From Vulcanimicrobiota bacterium (GTDB lineage: Bacteria > Vulcanimicrobiota > Vulcanimicrobiia > Vulcanimicrobiales > Vulcanimicrobiaceae), in assembly GCA_963743605.1 (NCBI GenBank), contig CAVUQJ010000013.1:38633-102632 (forward strand): a stretch of 64,000 nt of DNA, read 5' to 3'. The position numbers were made by a program, and so were the translations under genes. The notes beneath the pieces were generated by a model. That model saw only the letters and a program-made list of their open reading frames with translations. It was not told where the DNA came from and made no database searches. Below are positions 59,434-64,000 of this stretch, piece by piece; within the stretch, counting starts at the first letter, position 1; each line of letters begins with the position of its first letter.

Positions 59434-59587
59434 CAATCGGCGGCCCTTCCGAGTTGAGGGAGGGATGCATCGTCATCGAACCGTGTTGTGCGCGTTGTCC
59501 TTACCTGCAGCAAGTCAAGTCGCACGATCGTGCGTAAAATCAATAAATGCCATGCCATTTATGGCGGAGCTTGACTCGGACGACACG

Positions 59588-60118
59588 CTAGCGGAACGTC
59601 GGACCGGGCGGGGGCGGAATCGCATCCCGCTCGGCCTGGGTGCGCGCGCGCCGGCGGCGGAGTTCGAGCGTCATGCTCTCCTCGCCGCGCGCCATCGCCC
59701 AGCGGTGGTTGGCCGCGAAGAGGGGCCGCAGCACCGGCGTCAGGTAGCGCAGCAACGGCTTGTCGGCCTCGATGTTCCAGTCGTAGCCGGCGGCGGCGAG
59801 GCTGCCCTGCTGCACCATCGTCCAGACGCCGTTGCCGACGAAGTCGCCGCTCGCGACGAGAGCGGACCCGAAGGGATAGTTCACGGCGGTGACGCTGAAG
59901 GTCCAGCGCAGCGTGTAGGGGAGCCAGCCTTTCGTGAAGAGTGCGACCTTCGCGCCGAGCGCGTGCGCGCCCCCGGGCTCGATGACGCGCACGTCGAGAT
60001 AGACGGACGGCCACCAGCGCGGCAGCGCCGCGTAGTCTTCGAGGATGTCGGAGACCTCCTCGATCCGCGTATCCGGAAAGCGCCAGTGCGTCGTGAAGTG
60101 GTAGCGCGAAGCAAACAT
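59588..60118 (-). CDS. SRPBCC family protein
   Basis: 176 aa. ALPRWWPSVYLDVRVIEPGG...KGWLPYTLRWTFSVTAVNYPFGSALVASGDFVGNGVWT. Confidence 0.65.
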   Translation of the reverse strand: MFASRYHFTTHWRFPDTRIEEVSDILEDYAALPRWWPSVYLDVRVIEPGGAHALGAKVALFTKGWLPYTLRWTFSVTAVNYPFGSALVASGDFVGNGVWTMVQQGSLAAAGYDWNIEADKPLLRYLTPVLRPLFAANHRWAMARGEESMTLELRRRRARTQAERDAIPPPPGPTFR

Positions 60119-60125
60119 CGCCGCG

Positions 60126-61613
60126 CTATTCGACGGCGATCTCGGCGTTGACGATCGAGCTGGGCACGGCTCGTTTGGGCGGCCTCAGGAGCAGCACGGT
60201 CGGGACCGCGAGGATGAACAGCAGCGCGCTGACCTGAAAGGCGTAGGTGTAGCCGATGACCGTGGCGTTCACGAACACGCCCGCCGTCAGCAGCGCGATC
60301 GCGTGGGCACTGTTGGCGCTGGCAGCGAGCATCTGCGCGACGGCCGGGTTGCCGAGCGTGACGCCGGCCGAGAGCGCTTGAACGGCGCCGTCCTCGCGCC
60401 TGGTCTCGATCACTTGGAGCAGCGCTATCCCCAGGCTCCCGCCGAGCTGGCGGACCAGCGTAAAGATGCCGGTCGCGTTCGCCAGCTTGTGGCGGGGGAC
60501 TTCGCTGAGCGTGATGGTCGTGAGCGGCACGAAGAGAAAGCCCAGCGCGAAACCCTGCGTCACGCGTGGCCAGAAGACGTCCCAAAAGCCGGCGGTCTGG
60601 TTGAGACCGCCCATCATCCACGCCCCGACGGCAAAGACGATGAGTCCGAACGCGATCGAGATGCGGCCATCGATGTATTTTCCGAATCGCGCGGCAAGCG
60701 GCATGCTGACGGCGGTCGCGGCCGCGCCGGGCACGAGCGCGACGCCCGTCTGCCACGCGTCGAAGTGCAGCACGTTTTGAAAGAAGAGCGGCAGCATGAG
60801 GTTGAGCCCGAACAGCCCGAAGCCGCTGACGACGCCGATGATGTTGCCCGCCGTGAACGAGCGCGACTTGAACACGCGCAGGTCGACGAAGGCGTGCGGA
60901 TCGCGCACCTCGCGCCAGATGAAGTAGCCGATGCCGATGACGGACAGCACGGTCAGCAGGACGATCGTGCCCGACTGGAACCAGTCCTCGCGCTGGCCGC
61001 GTTCGAGGACGTACTGCGCCGACGCGATGCCGATCGCCATCGCAGACAGCCCGATCCAGTCCGCACCCCGTTCGGGCTTCTTGATATACGACGGATCGCG
61101 GATGTAGAGCATCGTCATCACGAAGGCAGCGATGCCGATCGGCAGGTTGATGAAGAAGATGAGCGGCCAGCTGTAGTTGTCGACGATGAACCCGCCGAGC
61201 GTCGGGCCGATCGCCGGGCCGACCATCGCACCGAGGCCGAAGATCGCCATCGCCGAGCCGCGCTTCTCCGGCGGATACGACTCGAACAGGATCGCCTGGG
61301 CGGTCGGCTGGAGCGCGCCGCCGCCGATCCCCTGGATGATCCGGTAGAGCACCAGTTGCGTGACGTTCGTCGCCGTGCCACAGAGGAACGATGCGATCGT
61401 GAACAGCGCGATGCAGCCGGCGTAGAACTTCTTGCGTCCGAACAGCGCGGTGAGCCAGCCGTTGAGCGGCATCACGACGACTTGCGCCAGGATGTAGCCG
61501 GTCGCGACCCACGAGATCTCGTCGATGGACGCGCCGAGGGTGCCGGCCATGTCGGTCAAAGCGACGTTGACGATCGACAGGTCGATGATCGCCATGATGA
61601 GGCCGAGCATCAC
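60126..61613 (-). CDS. MFS transporter, DHA2 (EmrB/QacA) family, 14-TM type; true start probably further upstream
   Basis: MAIIDLSIVNVALTDMAGTLGASIDEISWVATGYILAQVVVMPLNGWLTALFGRKKFY... The in-frame upstream sequence (EPSVHLITVTV) looks like part of TM1 but has no start codon, so another indel is likely. Confidence 0.8.
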   Translation of the reverse strand: MMLGLIMAIIDLSIVNVALTDMAGTLGASIDEISWVATGYILAQVVVMPLNGWLTALFGRKKFYAGCIALFTIASFLCGTATNVTQLVLYRIIQGIGGGALQPTAQAILFESYPPEKRGSAMAIFGLGAMVGPAIGPTLGGFIVDNYSWPLIFFINLPIGIAAFVMTMLYIRDPSYIKKPERGADWIGLSAMAIGIASAQYVLERGQREDWFQSGTIVLLTVLSVIGIGYFIWREVRDPHAFVDLRVFKSRSFTAGNIIGVVSGFGLFGLNLMLPLFFQNVLHFDAWQTGVALVPGAAATAVSMPLAARFGKYIDGRISIAFGLIVFAVGAWMMGGLNQTAGFWDVFWPRVTQGFALGFLFVPLTTITLSEVPRHKLANATGIFTLVRQLGGSLGIALLQVIETRREDGAVQALSAGVTLGNPAVAQMLAASANSAHAIALLTAGVFVNATVIGYTYAFQVSALLFILAVPTVLLLRPPKRAVPSSIVNAEIAVE

Positions 61614-61883
61614 GGTGACCGTGATGAGGTGGACCGACGGCTCGCGCCGCGGCGCGGCCGTGCGGACCGCGGCCGCGCGGGGAGGCGCTAGCGCTGCGAG
61701 GGACGCGATGACGGCACTTCCGGTCCGGTCACATGTAGAGGGTATAATTCCATGACGCCTAAGTCACTATACCACTACCGCACGAGATTGGATGCGACCT
61801 CGCGCGGTACAATCGAAGCGACGCCGCCACCCCCCAACGGCGCTTGACCGGAGGGCGGACCACGAGGCGGCCGGAGGAATCGT

Positions 61884-62888
61884 ATGTATCGCTTGTACGC
61901 ACATTCGCTCGCTCTCATCGTGGGGGCGATCGCGCTCGCCACCGGAGCGGTGGCACAAAACTCGCTCAACGTCGCCGGAACCTGGCGGGTCGCCTCCACC
62001 GGCGTCCCGTTTACGACCGGCACGGTCTCGCTGCAGCAGACGAGCGCGGGCATCACCGGCACGTACGGTCAGAGCGGCAAACTCGACGGCACGTTCAAAC
62101 CGGGGACGTTGCAGGTCGACGGCAACTGGGGCGACTCGCGCGGGAACGGTTGGCTCACGATCACGTTCGCCGCAGGCGGCAACTCGTTCAGCGGTCAGTG
62201 GGGCTACGCCGGCCACAAGCCGAGCGGCACGTTCACCGGCACGCGGATCGCTTCGGCCGCTTCTGCCGCTTCGGGCTATCCGGTCGTCACCGGCCTGTTC
62301 AACGTCACCGTCACCGGCGGTCCCGAGTTCACCGCGCGTCACCTGAAACTTCACCAGTTGGGCAACGACGTTGTCGGCAATTTCGGGTCGGGCACGCAAC
62401 TCAGCGGCACGATGGCGCCCGACACCGGCGCGATGAACGGCACCTGGAAGGGACCGAACGGCAGCGGCTGGATCCATCTGCGCTTCGCATCCGACAGCCG
62501 CAGCTTCCAGGGCGAGTGGGGTCTCGACGCCGACACGCAGCCCCGCGGACACATCAGCGGGTCCGCCGTCAACACGGCGGAGCTCTGGGTGCACGGCCTC
62601 TGGGAGACGGCCTCGAGCAGCATCGACTTCTCCGGCGGCAGCCTGCGCCTCGAGCAGAACGGCGAGAACGTCACGGGCGTGTTCAAGGACGGTCATCTCG
62701 CGGGCTCGTTGGCGCGCGGTTCCAACGTGCTGGTCGGACGCTGGCGCGGCGAACACGGGACCGGCAATGTTACCCTGACGTTCGCCCCCGACGGCAGGAG
62801 CTTTGAGGGAACCTGGACGCTGCGCGGCGGCAGCGGCGGACGAATTGTCGGCAAGCGCAACGTCGCGGCGTCGCCGGAGCTTCGCTGA
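61884..62888 (+). CDS. Secreted protein built from three ~100-aa internal repeats
   Basis: Signal MYRLYAHSLALIVGAIALATGAVAQ. Each repeat contains G.W...(L.Q.G..V.G)...G.W.....G.G....F...G.SF.G.W (SFSGQWGY / SFQGEWGL / SFEGTWTL). Confidence 0.65.
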   Translation: MYRLYAHSLALIVGAIALATGAVAQNSLNVAGTWRVASTGVPFTTGTVSLQQTSAGITGTYGQSGKLDGTFKPGTLQVDGNWGDSRGNGWLTITFAAGGNSFSGQWGYAGHKPSGTFTGTRIASAASAASGYPVVTGLFNVTVTGGPEFTARHLKLHQLGNDVVGNFGSGTQLSGTMAPDTGAMNGTWKGPNGSGWIHLRFASDSRSFQGEWGLDADTQPRGHISGSAVNTAELWVHGLWETASSSIDFSGGSLRLEQNGENVTGVFKDGHLAGSLARGSNVLVGRWRGEHGTGNVTLTFAPDGRSFEGTWTLRGGSGGRIVGKRNVAASPELR

Positions 62889-62906
62889 CGGCGAGGAGAG
62901 CGGCGC

Positions 62907-63635
62907 GTGGCCCACGAGGTCGTCAAGAAGGTCGGCAACCGGGCCTACCGGTATCGCGTCGAGAGTTACCGGGACCGGGCGACCGGCAAGGTGCGAGGGC
63001 ACTGGACGTACCTCGGCCGGGTCGCGGGCGATGGGACCATCGCGCCGCAGCGACCCGCGAAGGAACGGACGCGCGACCGGTTGCTCGCGGCGCTCGAGCG
63101 CCTGCTCGACCGTCACGACTTCGCCGTCATCAGCGCCGGCCAAGTCGCCGACGAGGCCGGTCTCGCGCACGGCACGTTCTATCGCTACTTCCCGGACAAG
63201 CGCGCGGCGCTCCACGTCGCGATCGAGCGGGTTCGGGAGACGGTCGATCGCGAGCGTGCCGCACTCGACGGTCCGATCGGCACCCTGGCCGGCGAGCGCG
63301 CGCGCGTGCGCGCCTGGGCTGAAGCGGTGCTCCACGCGCCGATCGAACGCCACGGGCTGCTTCGGGCCTGGCTCGCGGTCAGCGAGGCCGAACCAGACCT
63401 GGCAGACCGTCGCAAGCGGCGGCGCGCGGAGAACGTCGCGGCGTTCAGCGACTATCTGCGCCGCTGCGCCGCGGCAGGGATCGTCGCGGTCGACGATCCC
63501 GCCGCGCTCGCGAGCGCGTTGCTGTCGCTGTTCGACGGCGTCCTGCGGACCGCGGCGGCGAACCGCGATCCCGGCGCGCAACTGCGCGCCGGGGTCACGG
63601 CGGTCTTCGATCGCGCGATCTTCGGCGTACATTGA
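62907..63635 (+). CDS. TetR/AcrR family regulator with a ~55-aa N-terminal extension
   Basis: TetR HTH region ISAGQVADEAGLAHGTFYRYFPDKRAAL, preceded by MAHEVVKKVGNRAYRYRVESYRDRATGKVRGHWTYLGRVAGDG. Lies 18 nt after the repeat-protein gene. Confidence 0.8.
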   Translation: MAHEVVKKVGNRAYRYRVESYRDRATGKVRGHWTYLGRVAGDGTIAPQRPAKERTRDRLLAALERLLDRHDFAVISAGQVADEAGLAHGTFYRYFPDKRAALHVAIERVRETVDRERAALDGPIGTLAGERARVRAWAEAVLHAPIERHGLLRAWLAVSEAEPDLADRRKRRRAENVAAFSDYLRRCAAAGIVAVDDPAALASALLSLFDGVLRTAAANRDPGAQLRAGVTAVFDRAIFGVH

Positions 63636-63720
63636 GATTTTCTTGAGCGCTTCTTGAAGCAAAAGTTGCCGTCGCGGGGCTAGTGTCGGGACATTCACTC
63701 CCCGGCAAAGGACGGCAACC

Positions 63721-64000
63721 GTGCACCACTTCGTTAGATTCGCGGGCTCGCTCGCGTGCTCGCTGACCCTCACCGCCTGCTTCGGCGCCTCGGCCGAGGC
63801 GCGCTGTTCCTGGGCGCTCTTTCCGACGATCGATCCATATCCGACCGGTAACCAATTGACGGCGGTGGCAGGAACGGGAGCCGGCAACGTCTGGGAAACC
63901 GGCAACTCGTACGGCGCGAGCGCCTCGCAGGGCTACGCGCTGCACTGGAACGGTAGCGGCTGGACGTCGTACGCCCAGAGCGGAGCGTCGGGTTACGGCG
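63721..64000 (+). CDS. Partial lipoprotein (5' part; runs off the window)
   Basis: GTG 63721. VHHFVRFAGSLACSLTLTACFGAS...GNQLTAVAGTGAGNVWETGNSYGASASQGYALHWNGSGWTSY. No stop before the window end. Confidence 0.5.
   Translation, partial: MHHFVRFAGSLACSLTLTACFGASAEARCSWALFPTIDPYPTGNQLTAVAGTGAGNVWETGNSYGASASQGYALHWNGSGWTSYAQSGASGYG

Noticed and set aside
61767-63905. 712-aa minus-strand ORF covering the repeat-protein and TetR genes. The same applies to 10558..12720 (+), 39120..40460 (+), 9482..11083 (-) and 60303..61691 (+).
   Set aside because: All lie opposite or out of frame to genes with clear homology or signal peptides, and they translate to Arg/Gly/Asp-rich sequence. Shadow ORFs.

Overview
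High-GC bacterial chromosomal fragment; individual 60-nt lines range from about 48% to over 70% G+C by my count. The lineage is probably uncultivated and soil-type, because it has many GloVer-type repeat proteins, sedolisins and NHL propellers, but I cannot assign a taxon. The core is the str operon (rpsL-rpsG-fusA-tuf) plus rpsJ at 14.7-19.4 kb, and the rest of the S10/spc cluster (rplC through rpsM, with secY-adk-map-infA-rpmJ) at 44.3-57.1 kb. About 25 kb of accessory DNA separates rpsJ from rplC. It contains a family-5 solute-binding protein, an HTH/NB-ARC/TPR STAND regulator, a GloVer + sedolisin operon, an aldo-keto reductase, SRPBCC proteins and a YncE-phosphoesterase fusion. It also holds an 83-nt repeat pair around a small ORF, a TnpB-only IS element, and a duplicated three-gene module of secreted beta-propeller-like proteins flanking a second phosphoesterase. 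The flanks carry further accessory genes: DUF1254/DUF1214, an NTase pair, a second sedolisin, an esterase-tectonin fusion, FliO/FliJ-like ORFs coupled to a P1 peptidase, a Tag-like glycosylase, a GDPH-motif gene, VOC, TPR_5, and an MFS/TetR locus. I saw no rRNA, tRNA or CRISPR array. Roughly 30 genes or gene segments can only be read through with a 1-nt frame change. These include the essential genes fusA, secY, adk, map, infA, rplE, rplV and rpsM, so most frame breaks are probably assembly indels rather than real pseudogenes. Coordinates of frame-disrupted genes are reconstructed spans. All family assignments come from reading the translations, not from a database search.
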